64,000 bases of DNA, from NCBI GenBank assembly GCA_965644295.1, contig CBFFRP010000284.1, forward strand, positions 158,766 to 222,765, in the 5' to 3' direction. Below the pieces are notes generated by a model. It ran no database searches. It was not told the origin of the DNA and saw only the letters and a program-made list of their open reading frames with translations. Positions 1-13,200 of the stretch are shown here, piece after piece. Within the stretch, counting starts at the first letter, position 1, and each line of letters begins with the position of its first letter. A program made the translations under genes and the position numbers. This stretch comes from Paraphysomonas bandaiensis. Its lineage: Eukaryota > Protista > Chrysophyceae.

Positions 1-115
1 TGTCTGATTATTTAGCAATAGGCGTTGAGACCTTGCATCAATTAGTGGCTAGAAGAATGCTAGTCATACTAGTTAGACCACTACCCGTAACTAATCAATA
101 CAAACTCTTTTATCC

Positions 116-180
116 TACTATTTAACGCTACGAAAGCTGCTTGTGCGTCGCCGCAAGCACCAAGGTGCAACCACTTCCGT
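116..180 (-). repeat. Terminal fragment of a dispersed structured non-coding repeat family (copy 1)
   Basis: tactatttaacgctacgaaagctgcttgtgcgtcgccgcaagcaccaaggtgcaaccacttccg recurs (with differences) at ~20200-20265 (inverted), ~20643-20695 and ~27765-27830. Confidence 0.8.
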
Positions 181-778
181 TAATGACAAGGTTGAATAAT
201 ATATTAGTTAGATCCCCACCCGGCTCTACCTAAGTACGCGCTCAGAATAGTTCATCAGTCACTCCTATATCTTATATAGTCACACATCAGTAACTCAATT
301 TAATTCCATTGTAACTGTAGTCACCCGTTTAGGAGTTGACTTCACCTATTCACTTCAACTGCACAATATATATCACATCATATTGCAGAACTCAACAAGC
401 AGTAATGATATATCAAAATTGCTGATATGACTGCAGTCATTGCATGTTGTTGAGAGTTGAAAATAGCCCTTTTCATTTTGTAACAGGAAATAATAATTGC
501 GATTATAATTCACTTCAGCCCTGAATAATTCAACCTGAAGTACTACTTATAACTATTTATAATGGAAAAGCAGATCATTTCAACATTGAACCTTATATAC
601 GTAGCCATTTCTATGTTAACTGTAACAAAGCTGAACTGAGTTTTAAGTGAAACATAATAAAATTTCAAAGCCTTTCTAATTATTAATACAGAGTGTGCTT
701 CCACATGAAACACCATATCCTACACATAATATAGTCATTTTCACAACAAACATATCTAACACTTGAAGAACAAGAATA

Positions 779-2272
779 TCACGACGAGAGAAGAGGCGCG
801 CAACTGATTATTGGCTTTGAATCCACCGTTTCTTCTTCACAACTACAACTGGCTGTGGAGGAAAGTGATGAAATTAAGGCAAGCTCATCCTCCATATTTT
901 CTTTGTCAGTACGCTCATCTCCCTCTTCGTCAACAGTATCATCGTCGTCGCTATCGAGGGGAATGTTCATCAGCTCTGCACAATCTAGTATACACAAGCC
1001 ATCCTGTTCTTTTCCTTCAATATCAGTCCCACCAAAAACATACAACAATCCGGCCTCCCGATCCATCGCGGCACCGTGGAAAGCGCGTGACCCTGGAGGC
1101 ATACTCTTATCCGCACCTCGCCAACACACGTCCACCTTCGACCATGTCATTGGCCGACAGTTGGTATCCAACAAGTAGAGGTGGTTGAATACATCAGAAC
1201 AGCTTCGCAGACTCCCACTTCCTTCCACGGCAGAATCAGGCGCAGATCCGCACACAACAAGTATAACTCCCGTATCGCCGAGTGCATGGGCAGATCCACC
1301 TGTGATAGCTTGCGCATTCGGTCCTTCTCCATTTGTCGAGATTAAAGACCACTCATAAGACTGTATATCCATCACTTCTACACACCCCTCAGGAACTACC
1401 TGCTCATCGTCATCTCCAGTGTGTCCGCCTAGAATAAACATGCATCCGTTGACTACAATGGCACAATGCGCCTCCCTTGGTCGAGGACCAGTGTAAAATG
1501 CAGTCCCGTCTCCTTTTATCGGCACCTCAGTCCACGATACGCGGTGACCATTCTCATCGCTCTCAATTCGTAACAACCATGCATCAGCGAACAATGCTCC
1601 GTGCATGCCCCGACCACCGTACACTAGCCAGGAATCATCATTGAGAGCACATATCGAGCTATTGAACCGAGCAGGTGGGGAAGGGAAACATGAAGTCACA
1701 TCCGCCAATTCCCAGCACTTTGATTCGAAGTCATAAGCACGAACAGCAGATGAAATATCATTTCTACGAGAAATTCCACCGAACACAAATACGCATCCGT
1801 TACTCACAATAATATTGGCATACAAAAGCCCATCCCCTTCATCTGGTGAAGATAATTCTATCCACTTGCCCATAAAATAAATATGAAAATCGCGCTTCAA
1901 TACTCCATCAGACATGCCTCCACAGACAGCAACAATACCGGAGTTTATATCAACACCAACAGCGCATCCTATTCGTGACGATGGAGAATTCTGAGTAACA
2001 CATTCCAGTGGAAGCTTAATAACATTACTGCTCTCATTGTTATTCTCTGATTGGTTGCATAGTAGATATGCCTCTTCATCACTCGACAGATCTCTTTTAG
2101 TTTTAGTCGTATGAGAGAAACTACTCGATGATATAAACTTATGTGTATAGTGCGATATCAATACACTGTTAAAGTGAAAGATGATACCCCCACAGCAGAA
2201 CATCATGCATGCTATGATGATTATTAAACTATCCCCGTATTGAATTGGGAGTGACATGTTTGTTCCTTCCAT
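779..2272 (-). CDS. Kelch-repeat beta-propeller protein with an N-terminal hydrophobic segment and acidic tail
   Basis: 497-aa intronless ORF with repeated kelch motifs (VFVFGG...YD....W, PPARFNSS, LVYGGR, PRPREAH, FILGGH, RAFHGA, LYVFGG). Confidence 0.85.
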   Translation of the reverse strand: MEGTNMSLPIQYGDSLIIIIACMMFCCGGIIFHFNSVLISHYTHKFISSSSFSHTTKTKRDLSSDEEAYLLCNQSENNNESSNVIKLPLECVTQNSPSSRIGCAVGVDINSGIVAVCGGMSDGVLKRDFHIYFMGKWIELSSPDEGDGLLYANIIVSNGCVFVFGGISRRNDISSAVRAYDFESKCWELADVTSCFPSPPARFNSSICALNDDSWLVYGGRGMHGALFADAWLLRIESDENGHRVSWTEVPIKGDGTAFYTGPRPREAHCAIVVNGCMFILGGHTGDDDEQVVPEGCVEVMDIQSYEWSLISTNGEGPNAQAITGGSAHALGDTGVILVVCGSAPDSAVEGSGSLRSCSDVFNHLYLLDTNCRPMTWSKVDVCWRGADKSMPPGSRAFHGAAMDREAGLLYVFGGTDIEGKEQDGLCILDCAELMNIPLDSDDDDTVDEEGDERTDKENMEDELALISSLSSTASCSCEEETVDSKPIISCAPLLSS

Positions 2273-3055
2273 CTATCTCTTGTTTCTATATATATATATA
2301 GGGGTAGAGGCTGTTCGATGAGAGGCGGAATGAGGGTTGAATATGATACAAATGAACTGCAATCTGACTATAGAAATATCCGAATATTATACCTTAAATA
2401 ATAGCATCATTTGATGCCTTATGAATCCTCGCTTGTGATATGAATGTGCTGTGCTGCGATGCTCATGTGATGAGGAGGTAGGTATGTATGTATGTATATG
2501 TATGTATATGGAGAGAGTGTGTGTGAGGGGGTTTCGTTATACGCTTCTTGTGTGTTCAGTGTGCTGCTGCTGCTGCTGTATAATATGCATGTATGTACAC
2601 TGTATTGCTGTATATTGCAGTTGGTTGAAACGAACGAAACAGTCCATTTACCCCATTTCACTACCGCATGTATAGACGGTATACAGGTCTGTATAGTTGT
2701 GGAGGTGGGAGGCCCGTTTGTTTCATTAACATGTGTATGGATGCCCACTGCACCATATACACATACACACATACATACACTGCACTGACATATGCATATG
2801 TAACAAGCAGTTCGTAGCAGTCACACTTATTTCTAGTGTCTGAATTAAACCAGCAGTAGAGTAGATTGTTTCGCTCTATTTCTGCAGCAGTGTGCGCTGT
2901 ATTCTGAACACATCCGATACAATGAAATTATCAGTGAACACCAACACCCTTATCGACTACTACATCCTAACATACTCACAGGTCATATGATGCGGAGTGA
3001 TTGTATATATAGGATTGTGTAGGATATGATTGCATGTGTAGGATATGAGTGTTCT

Positions 3056-3273
3056 TATATGGCATGATTGTCTGTATATGATCGCATGCATGTCTGTGAT
3101 TGCCTGTATATGGCATGATTGTCTGTATATGATCGCATGCATGCCTGTGATTGCCTGTATATGGCATGATTGTCTGTATATGATCGCATGCATGCCTGTG
3201 ATTGCCTGTATATGGCATGATTGTCTGTATATGATCGCATGCATGCCTGTGATTGCCTGTATATGGCATGATT
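3056..3273. repeat. 51-bp tandem minisatellite (~4.2 copies) within a degenerate ATATGATTG-rich tract (~2985-3560)
   Basis: Unit tatatggcatgattgtctgtatatgatcgcatgcatgcctgtgattgcctg; ggcatgattg at 3061, 3112, 3163, 3214, 3265. Confidence 0.95.
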
Positions 3274-3587
3274 GTATCATTACGGATGTAAAAGAGGGTT
3301 GTATAGGATATGATTTTCTATATATATAGGATTGTATGGATAATGATTAATGTGTATAATATGATTGTATGGGATATGAATATTCAACGATATGATTGTG
3401 TATGATGACTGTCTGTATATGGAATGATTGTATATATTATTACATGTATAGGATATGATTGAATGTATTATATATGATTGAATGCATGTAACATGATTGT
3501 ATAGGATTTGATTTCATGTATAGGATATGGCGCATGTATAGGATATTGTTACATGTATGTAATCGGTCTAATATTTGGTTTTCAGAT

Positions 3588-4883
3588 TTCACTTAAACTT
3601 TTGGTCCTTGCAATGTCTCTTGCCCTATGTGGTTATATGTGTTGTCTCGTTACTGTTATACGGATCCCTTCGTATGTGTTGGATTGTGACGCACTCTTTC
3701 ACCTCGTTATGTCAGTGTCATTCTTTCCTAGCGTTATCAGCATATCTAGTTGTCGGGCTAAAGCGACTACTGTGTCAAGAGTTATACATATTTGCAGTCT
3801 AGTTGGAGCCGTGTGCGTTGTCTGCGTACTATGGGGGCGTGCGACTATGCGGACGGTCTACGCATTAACGCGCCCAGCTGAGAGGTATGGGCTAGAGACG
3901 GGCAGGGTGTCCCAAGTTATTGTCACCAATACCGTTAGCCTCTTCTTATCGTTGGTGTTGGCTGTCTGTTTCCTATACAGAGACTCGCTGCTGACACAGT
4001 GCTGTTATACACCCCCTGGAACGAGGTGAGCACATCAGTACTGCAGGTGGCAAATATAAAATTGTCTATAGTTCCCCAGAGCATGAAACTGCTGATGACG
4101 ATGAAAACAGTGAAGTCAGACCACTGGGTGTTTCTCAGTCAATTACATACGGATCTGCCGCCCCTCCATCCCACTCTCGTCTCCTACGCTTGCACGAGGT
4201 AAGACTCCGATAACTCTCTCATATTTTCGTGTAAAGGTCTAATGCAGGTAGGTGATCGTGTTCTGTGTCGTAGTGGGCGTGGACGAGGCAGAAGGTGGTA
4301 CAGAGCCACTGTGGCGGCGGTACATGTTCCGCAGGATGGAATTACTGGAGTTTATGATGTTGTTTATGCTGACGGAGAGATCGAGAGGTTCAAGTCACCG
4401 CTGGATGTATGCGTAGGGAACAGAGAAACAACAGGTGGTGATTCTGTCTCATCTGGGCTCTTCTTAGCAGAGGGACCGGGGCGTGTTAGCATGTGGTTGC
4501 GAGCGGTCTATGTTCACATGGCACTATCTGTGTTTACTATCTGCCTTCTGTCGGCCTCTTACATCAATTCCATGTCCCCTCAAGACACTCTGGCGTATAC
4601 TACTAGGGTATTCTTAGGATGTTATTTTTCGTTGGCGTTTTGCTATCTTACTACCATAGCGGTAGTTATCTTGGCGGTATTTCGAGACGTCGGAGTTGTA
4701 ATGACTGGAGTATTCAAAAGCTCTCAAAGCTGTACGAAGGTATGTGTGTGTGATCATGGAACGTGTACTTCCACTTACATTGTCTGAATACAGTTGGCTC
4801 TGGGTGTCATTGAAAGCATAGTAGGTGTGCCAATGCAACCACAGCTGTCGAGCACGAAGTCTGTAGAAATGTTTATACTGTAA
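3588..4883 (+). CDS. Multi-exon multi-pass membrane protein with a Tudor/Agenet-like domain (5' end unresolved)
   Basis: Exons join in frame across GT-AG introns at ~4026-4071, ~4199-4247 and ~4740-4793; Tudor-like VGDRVLCR..GRRWYRATVAAVH...YDVVYADGEIE lies between hydrophobic helices; stop at 4881-4883. Confidence 0.65.
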
Positions 4884-5869
4884 AGTCTTTTTCATTGTGT
4901 AGACAACGAAAAATAGTTAGATATCTGTTCTGTGTTCATTCTAGTGTTAGTAGGTGTATGTCCATCTGTTCCATTATGTTGTACTATTGCTACTCAGAAT
5001 GAGTATTGTCTTACCACAAAAGAGTTACTAAGTCTCTTTTCTGACCTCTTTAGTAAATGTCATCTGGTCGCATTCACTGCTGGTACAAAGAGATGAAATT
5101 ACATACTCACTGTAGAGACGTTTACATACTTCTACTGTTGGAAATTGCTCATTCTTAACTAGATCTTAGAGAGAATTTGTCGTTAGACTAGATAGATTAA
5201 TTAATATCGTTTACATGAAATGTGACAAACAACACAATTTCATTTTGTTCCACGCATAATCTCCTACATATGTGAACCTCTCGTTACTAAACATATCTTA
5301 AGAGATCAAACTATTTCAGTTTCTCAGTGTCATCACAGCATTTGTACATCACCATAATATTTCACTGTATTCTCGTACATTGTCTTCAAGTGACATACTG
5401 AATATCCTAGAATATAATCTACTACAGTTCTACATGCGATTTATACCGCCTAATGTTGAGAATTGTATCCCTGTACATGTTGGCAAAAATACAACAAATT
5501 ACTACACCACGGTAAATATCACTGGTCATAATCTGTTGTCCATATTGTTCCATGATTTAAAATTTAGCCATGTGTGTCATATTTATTTGAATCGATTAGA
5601 TATATTCTACTGCAATATGTGAGACAGATGAAATGCTACACAGTTGTAATCAACAAACTTATGACTTAACAACAATCTTTTCTTTCCTCCACTACATCTA
5701 ATATGCAATACAAATAGAATAATTCAGTTGTTGTTATCATAACTTATACCTTATACTATTTCGTAATTTTGTACTTCAATAAAACGTAATATAGAAGTGC
5801 TTCCTTTATCTCCATACTGGCATAATATACAACTAAATTAAGAGTTTTATAATAATATAATTTCGTCGT

Positions 5870-6610
5870 TTCCTTTCCTTGCTGTGGCCTGTGCTCAAAG
5901 TGCCCTTATACTATTTCCTTCCTTGTGTTTGCCACCGGACGATGCCCTAGTTTTAGAAGTAGGACTCTTATCGGGTGTTGCCTTAATCCGAACCTTCTCT
6001 GCTCCACTGGGTGTAACACTAGAAGCCGAAATGGTAGAAGGAGCAACACAGCGAAGCAGTATTCGTATTATTTAATTTTGGTTCATCCTTCACAGCATTG
6101 GCACCGGGCAATTTCTTTTCTAACTCTAATCGAATAGGTTTCTACTTTTAGATCCCTATTTCTGTTTCACCTCTGTCGGCGCTCCCTCTGAAGGGTAATT
6201 ATCTTCGCTAGCTTCTTTACTTACTTCTTCCTCGTCGTCCTCTACATGATGCACTTCCTCGGCTGAATCACTGCTACGATCCTCCTCGTCTTCATCAGCG
6301 GCACCTTTAGGACCTTTCACATGTTATGTACATGAGGGTAAAATTTTCTCGTTAGGGCCAGAGACGGGTGAAAGCGCCGTTCTTTGTATCATGTGAATCT
6401 AGGGCGTATCATGTGAATCTAGGGCGTCTCACAGCACATCCAGAATCATTCACACGTGCGTGCCGCTTTTGCAAAACATACTGTACAACTTGTTCATTCT
6501 CTTCGATAGATATTGAACACGTAGGGTACATTATCACCCCCCCTGCTTTAGAGTGCGACACAGAGAAGCTCCTTCTATAGATTGACAAGACGCTGAATGT
6601 TCTTAGCAAA
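5870..6610 (-). pseudogene. Probable decayed coding sequence (acidic, low-complexity reading frames broken by stops)
   Basis: Higher-GC patch; minus strand reads DEDEEDRSSDSAEEVHHVEDDEEE then stops; includes a 20-bp tandem duplication at ~6387-6428. Confidence 0.3.
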
Positions 6611-7279
6611 CCGCTGCAGTTTTACGCGTTGATCTAGTGATATGAGAGTTATGTCCATCAGTTGTCCTCACAGACCAACAGACTAATCCTGACAATACAC
6701 TCAAAACCCGCATTATTGTGTTAAAATACTAAAAATATTTTACAAAAAATACGCGCTTTTAGCTTTCCTCCCAGCTTTTCAGTTGAGATCCTTTCACAAT
6801 AAGAGCCCTACGTACAGCAGCACATGGTACAGTACAGTATCAATATCGATACATGATACAGCAGCAGTGTCAGTATCTAGATCTACAGCAGTGTATATAC
6901 CGACATGTTCTGTATTCCATATTCTACAACACTTTGAACTTTGTATGTGTGTATTCTCATAGAGCTCAACTCTGTATTATATCGTAGTATCTGCTGTATA
7001 TGCTGCGCTGTTTGTTATGTAGCAGCAAATAATTTGGAAGGTACATACATACATATACACATACATGAGCCTCTGGCTATCTGCATAGACACGAATCATC
7101 TGCTGAGTGAAAGCTAGAATGCAGATGCATGACATAAGATTAATAGCCTGATAATAAAATGGTTTATCGCAGTTAGTATGAACGAGGAGCTCTTATTCAA
7201 TTGATACATACATAGAGAGCCCATCTACGCTGATCTCTCAATACAACTGCTATAACTAGCAATAAACACTAATAGAACG

Positions 7280-10200
7280 ATGAGTTTTATGATAAGAAGT
7301 AGTTTTAAAAATAATTTTTTTAATCAACGTCCTCTGAATGAGTATCAAGGCTCTGTTAGTTGTGACATCACTGAATTGAGAGATTTGCCAAAGAAAAGAT
7401 TGAAAAAAGTTTATGTTGTTCACAAACTTGTGGGTAATAATGGGGGAGATATGACTCAAACCTCTTGTTCGTATTGTCAGCTTTCGTCAAGTGGTAAGGA
7501 TGTTTTTACACCGAAGGATAAAAGTAGGTCTCGGATAGAGTACAATGATATATTTATTACGCCAGATCTTGTTTTGTCTATGGAAGTTATTGTGAAGCAA
7601 ACGCTTGGAAGGAAAGTGATTTGCAGCCTTCAGGTCAAAGTGTCCGATGTTGTCAAACATGCCGACTCTGTCAAAGACATCAATTACCCGTTGTCGCCTG
7701 GCGGAGAATGTCGTTTGAGTATAGCAGTGACACCCCCACCTGCCCTCTCGCCTACTCTCTCAGAAAATGACAAAGATAATGAAAATGACACCCCTTCTGC
7801 GCCCCGTTTTCTTCGACCGAAGCGTTCAGCTGCTGTCAAAGACAAAGTACAGGAGGGCGTCGAAGACGAGGTGAAGGAGTCTACCACTGTGGCTGACTGT
7901 AGTCCTACAGGTGGATCACGGCCCTTCACCAAGAGTCTGTCAGCTATCCACGAGCCAACCGAGAGCGAATATATTTCGTGTGATACTAGTAGTATCCTGC
8001 CAGAACCTCCTTCTTGTGAGACAGAAGCTGAACCTACAGACAAGAACATCGCTTCCTCTGATGCCCAAATTGAAGAACCCTCGCATTTGCGTACTGAAAA
8101 TTGCGGAGCCGCTAGCAATAGCCCCCAACCAGCAGAATGTGTAGAGAACAGGACCAGTGAAGACCTACGCTCTCTTTCTAGTACTGGGGGAATAGATCAA
8201 GGAGTCGGTGGCAAGGAAATGCAGCAGGATGTGATCCCCCCGTCTGAACCCGTGAGGGGACTGTACCGACAGTCTAGTTGCAGTGGGAGTCGGCGGCGTG
8301 CTGTGGATGCTGGAGAATTGTCCGGAAGGCCTAAGTCAGTTACGCGGTGGAATAGTGCAACAGGCGCTTCGCTCACTCGCCAGGCCAGCAGAAGAAAGTC
8401 AGATGGAGACCGCGTTCCGTTCAGCAGTGATTATCATACCCCTCCCTTGCACCGAACACAGAGTCTGAAGAAACGCCGTGACAGTGATGAGCATACTCAC
8501 ACCCACAGTGGTGACTCCTCTCGACACTCCACCGGAGCGATATCAAGGCAGCACAGCCTAAAGAAACGTCGTAGTGCTGACGATGAGGACAGCAAACATG
8601 CTGTTGCCAGCTCTGATAGTCGAGTGAGCATGGCACTCATACGAAAGCTTAGTGGTCGGTCAATGATGTCGGAAGATGGGGATGAGGAGATAGGACTGGT
8701 GCGGTCAGACTCAAACCGAAGCCTTCAGAATCGTGCGTTGAGTTGGTTGGAACAACAAGTAGATGAAGAACCGGATGCAGCAGTCAGTACTACCCCAGTC
8801 CTGCGTACGCCGCCTCCACGGGATAGTGAGGAGGCTATTGATCATGGTGCAGCCAGTCCTAGTATCATGCAGGCACTAGAGTCAGACGAAATCCACTCCC
8901 CGGTGCCGTTCGCGCCTGCTTCTAATGGGGGGAAAAGATCTGCTCCCAGAGGTGTGTTGTACATGCCATCTACTATAGAGGAGGAAGGAAGTGACGTACA
9001 GGATCGTGCGAGCCATCTAGCCGCCGCGCTAAAGCACGAAGGAGATAAACATGAGCTGCGTGGGCCTGCACGGGCTTTCCGTACGGACATCGGGACTGTT
9101 TCATCTCTGACAGTGTCTTCATTTTCACCTGGTCCCTCCCCGCCGGCCACTCCAAACACAGTACGACATCAAGATTCTGTCGACACTTTCGCGTCCAAGC
9201 GATCATATAACAGACGGGGTTCAATATCTACCACTACACCGAAGGCTGTGTTTGACGAAGACACCGAAATGAAAGAGGAAAAGGAGCTCGCAACCCCCAT
9301 AAAACTGGAGACAGAATTGGAGGACACTAAAAGCAGTTATAACGAGAGTGATGAAGATAATCATGGGAGAAGCAACAATGACGAAGACTTCACACTGAAT
9401 TTGCCTGGAGAGGAGAAAGAGGGCAGCGAGTACTGGAGTAAACAGCATGGCACAGGAATTAAATCTGCCCGCCGCGACTCCAGGATAACTCCTCGTAAAA
9501 GGAATCGCATGACGTTGACTACCATGCGTTCTGTTAACAGCTGGGACGAAAAGGAGTCAGTTGCGGATGTAGTAAAGGCTGCCATGCACGAACGTATTGC
9601 GAACGAGGATTCGCAGTTAGACGAGTTCGAAGATGCAGGTAGTGAACCTGGTATAGAGTGTTGGATTGTGGACAAGGGTCAGTTACGCAAGATGGATACT
9701 GACGACATTGGAACATTCTATAATGCTGACTGTTATATCCTTCTACACACTGAGGAGAATGGTGCGATATCCGAGAAGGAGCTCCAGTGGTCGGTACATA
9801 CGTGGGTGGGATCCAAAACTGAAAGAGATAAAATAACTATCGCTGCTTTCAAAGCCCAGTACTTGTGCAAGTACCTGGGCAACATCCATTTGATACACAA
9901 TAAAGAGGGTGAAGAGACCGACGAGTTTATAGAGATGCTCTACGGAAATATAACTGTAGAGGAAGGATCTATTGCTCAATCAGCTCTCAAACCCTGTCAG
10001 ATACACGAATATTTCTCCAAAGATGAAACAACGGTACGATTACTTAAGATATCATCAGGCAATAGCTCAGTGCTATCTGTGCTGGGTGGATCCTCCGGTG
10101 CGCCTTCATTGGAGGCGGTAGCTCTTGACCGCTCGAACTTGGTTTCAAACTCTGCCCTCATTCTTGACCCTGGAGGGGCAGTCATTTATCAGTGGAGAGG

Positions 10201-13200
10201 GGCAAGAGCATCCCATGTGGCAAGAGCACGTGCATTTGAGGCCGCTTTCAGTCTAAGGTCAGAGCGGATCAAGACATACCCAGGGTGTCAGATAGAGGTT
10301 GTGGATGAAGACAACGAACCAGATGAATTTTGGGCTGCGTTTAATGTGCATCAGAGCAAAACAGCGGCGAAACGACGGGGCAGTCACAGAAGCACTGGTA
10401 GTACTGTCACAAGAGAGACTGAAGACCACAGCACGGATATTTATGGGTCAGAAAGTGAGGGCTCGGTTTCAGGCACTGAAACCTGTGGATATTCAGAACA
10501 GAGTGATATGGATGGAACAATGTCGCTATCGTGCTCTGAGCTGTCATTCATGGATGATGATGACGACATCATTTACGACATGGATGATATCAAAGGGTAT
10601 TGTGTAGATCAAATAGAGGGTCATACGGAAATGCAGCGCAGGCAAATTGCAAGCCAATCGAGGGTTCTCAATCCCCGTGCACTTCGTAATCAGGAATCTT
10701 TGGATGTTAGTCATGATGATGACCGGTCTCAACACAGTGAAGAGGGAACAAAGAATGTTAGTCTCTACCGTATCGGATATGTTGATGGAAAACTGGAGAC
10801 TTCGAGATTGTGTGGTATCAACTCTGCTGGGGAGGATTTTGGTCCTCCGGACAAGTCCATGCTCGACACGAAGGGCGTGTTTATATTAGATTACAACGAG
10901 GAAGTCTATGTATGGATGGGGCGCAAGAGTGCAGGGGAGCTTAGACTAGCGGGTATGACAGTTGCGAAAGCACTGGTGCAACACTCGAAACCGGAACACG
11001 TCAAAGTTGCCAGTGTACTTGAGGGTGATGAGCCTATCCTCTTCAAGGCGAAGTTTCCTGGTTGGTACGAGTCTGAACTGAAGCAACAGGTGCTGCACCG
11101 GCGCACCACTAGATTCCGCCCGCCCAGTCCGCCCCCCAAGCGCAGCATAACTGCGGTAGTTAATGACAGCGTCGAGTACATGCGGCGCCGCAAGGCGAGA
11201 GCGAAACATGGGCAGAGGAACAAGAAGAGTGCACGCTATGTGTGCAGGAGCAAGATAGCTCAATATGAGCGACAGCCTCTGGATGATATTTTGGACATGG
11301 ATGACGGTAAGGGTGTAACAGTGGTTTGGAAGATCGCCGAAGGGACTCTACGTTCTGTACCTAGAAGCGACCAGGGGCACTTCTGGACACACGAAACATA
11401 CGTGATTCTGTATGGATTCACACTTCCAGATGGCAAGGATAAGGAGGATGAGGAGAGCAGCAGTGATGAGGACGAGGAAAGAAAAAAGCCACAGTTTGTG
11501 CTGTACTTCTGGCAGGGCCCACACAGTAAGGACAAAGCGTATACGCAGTGGAAATTGGGAATTCTTCCTGAGAAGAAAAAGGAGTGGGTAGAGCAGATGG
11601 GCAGTATGCCTCCCGAAATACGTGTTCAACAAGGCAAAGAGCCTTTACACTTTTTCAAAATATTTAAGCATAGATATGTGGTTCACTTTCCTTTTCTAAG
11701 CATCGTGCGCCAGAAGAACCGTGCCGAAGTCAAAGTCAGGGAAATGCAGAGTGAAATACTGAGGCGTGAACGAATTAGATCGAGCCGGTTACCTGCACCA
11801 CGTACACCCATTAGGCGGGTCAGTGGGGTATTTTCACCGACCAGCTCGAAGAGCTTGCTCAATGTCGCTCGCACCCCTACTAGGTGCCCGTCGCCTAACA
11901 GCTCCATTGCGCCACTCCAGAAAGACCACTCATTCAGGAGTATAGACTCATCTGTCGCTGACGACGTGGCCACGTATAAGTCGCCGGTGAGCAAGTCGAT
12001 ATTTCACATGGAAATGACCGCCGGGGTCCTGCTCTTTCACGTCAGAGGAAGTGGGCTCATTGATGAAGACGTCCATGCGGTGCAGATCGAGGCCCGTTCT
12101 ACTCGCCTCAACTCATCCGATTGTTTCATCGCTATTCGCCCATATGGCGCATCTAAGTCATTTGTTTGGCTGTGGGTAGGGAGAGGAAGTCAGTATTTTG
12201 AACAAGAAGCAGCTGGATCACTGGCAATGATGCTTCTTCGTTGGCTGCATCCGAGCACAACCAAAAACCAGGTTCGAGTGGTAGAAGAAGGGGCGGGCGA
12301 GTGGTTCAATAAATGGATTGCGAAGTCATTTTACCGTGCGCTTGGTGGCTTTGATGTTTATTCGAACTTTGATCTATTGCAAACGCCCCGATACTTGCGC
12401 CCTCCGGCCCTCCAGTACCCCCAACTATTCCTTTGCGAGATGCTGCGAGGGGAGTATGCTATTACTATGGTAGAGAGATACTCACAATATGATTTGGTTG
12501 AAAGTGGAGCTGCCATATTAGATGCACACTTCGCACTGTTTGTTTGGTTTGGAAGGACTTGTGGAGCAGCGCTCAGAGTAACATCAATAAAAGTTGCTCA
12601 AAAATTTAGTAAGTGATTATATGTGCGCTTTGTGAAACAACTTACAGTGTTTTGTTGTAGTGGGGTCTCTGAGAAAAGGAGCGTGTCGGCTGGATAGAAA
12701 AGTGGTGGAAGTAGACCAGGATCATGAAAGCGCTCCTTTTATATCATGTTTCCACGGTTGGTGCGATTGGGAGCTGTTGACCAAGAGATTTGTGGATCCT
12801 CGCCAGGTTAGGGTGGACTGCAGAGTGAGGATGGGCCTGATGGGCGATATGGCGGCTTATGTTGGCAAACCAATTGAGGGATTGAGCAAGTCTCAGGCAG
12901 AGACGCTGACAAAGGAGTTTAAGAAAAGACAGAGCCAAGAAAAGAAGAAGAAGGAGACAAGTCAGCCGGCGACAAAAGAATCCATCAGGAGACGCATCAG
13001 AAGTATGATAAAGAAGCGGGAGGAAGAGGAGCTTGTACTGGCATCTGGTGGAACTCTGAATCAAGAGAAACCGAAACTGGTGGCGGATGCGTCCTACAAC
13101 TCCCCAGCTGTTGCACCGCCCCAGCCCTCTAAACTATCTATCGGTAACATATTTGATCCCAACAGGAATAGATTTTCTCCCACACAATCTGATGGATCAG

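Noticed and set aside
116-160. Pistol ribozyme (CGTTAAATAG) or group II intron domain V identity for the repeat end
   Set aside because: The pistol pseudoknot/P2/P3 partners are not conserved across copies; there is no AGC/CGC triad at the proper spacing and no domain VI
2960-3329. Repetitive ORFs (QSCHIQAITGMHAIIYR etc.)
   Set aside because: By-products of a 51-bp minisatellite that is open in several frames
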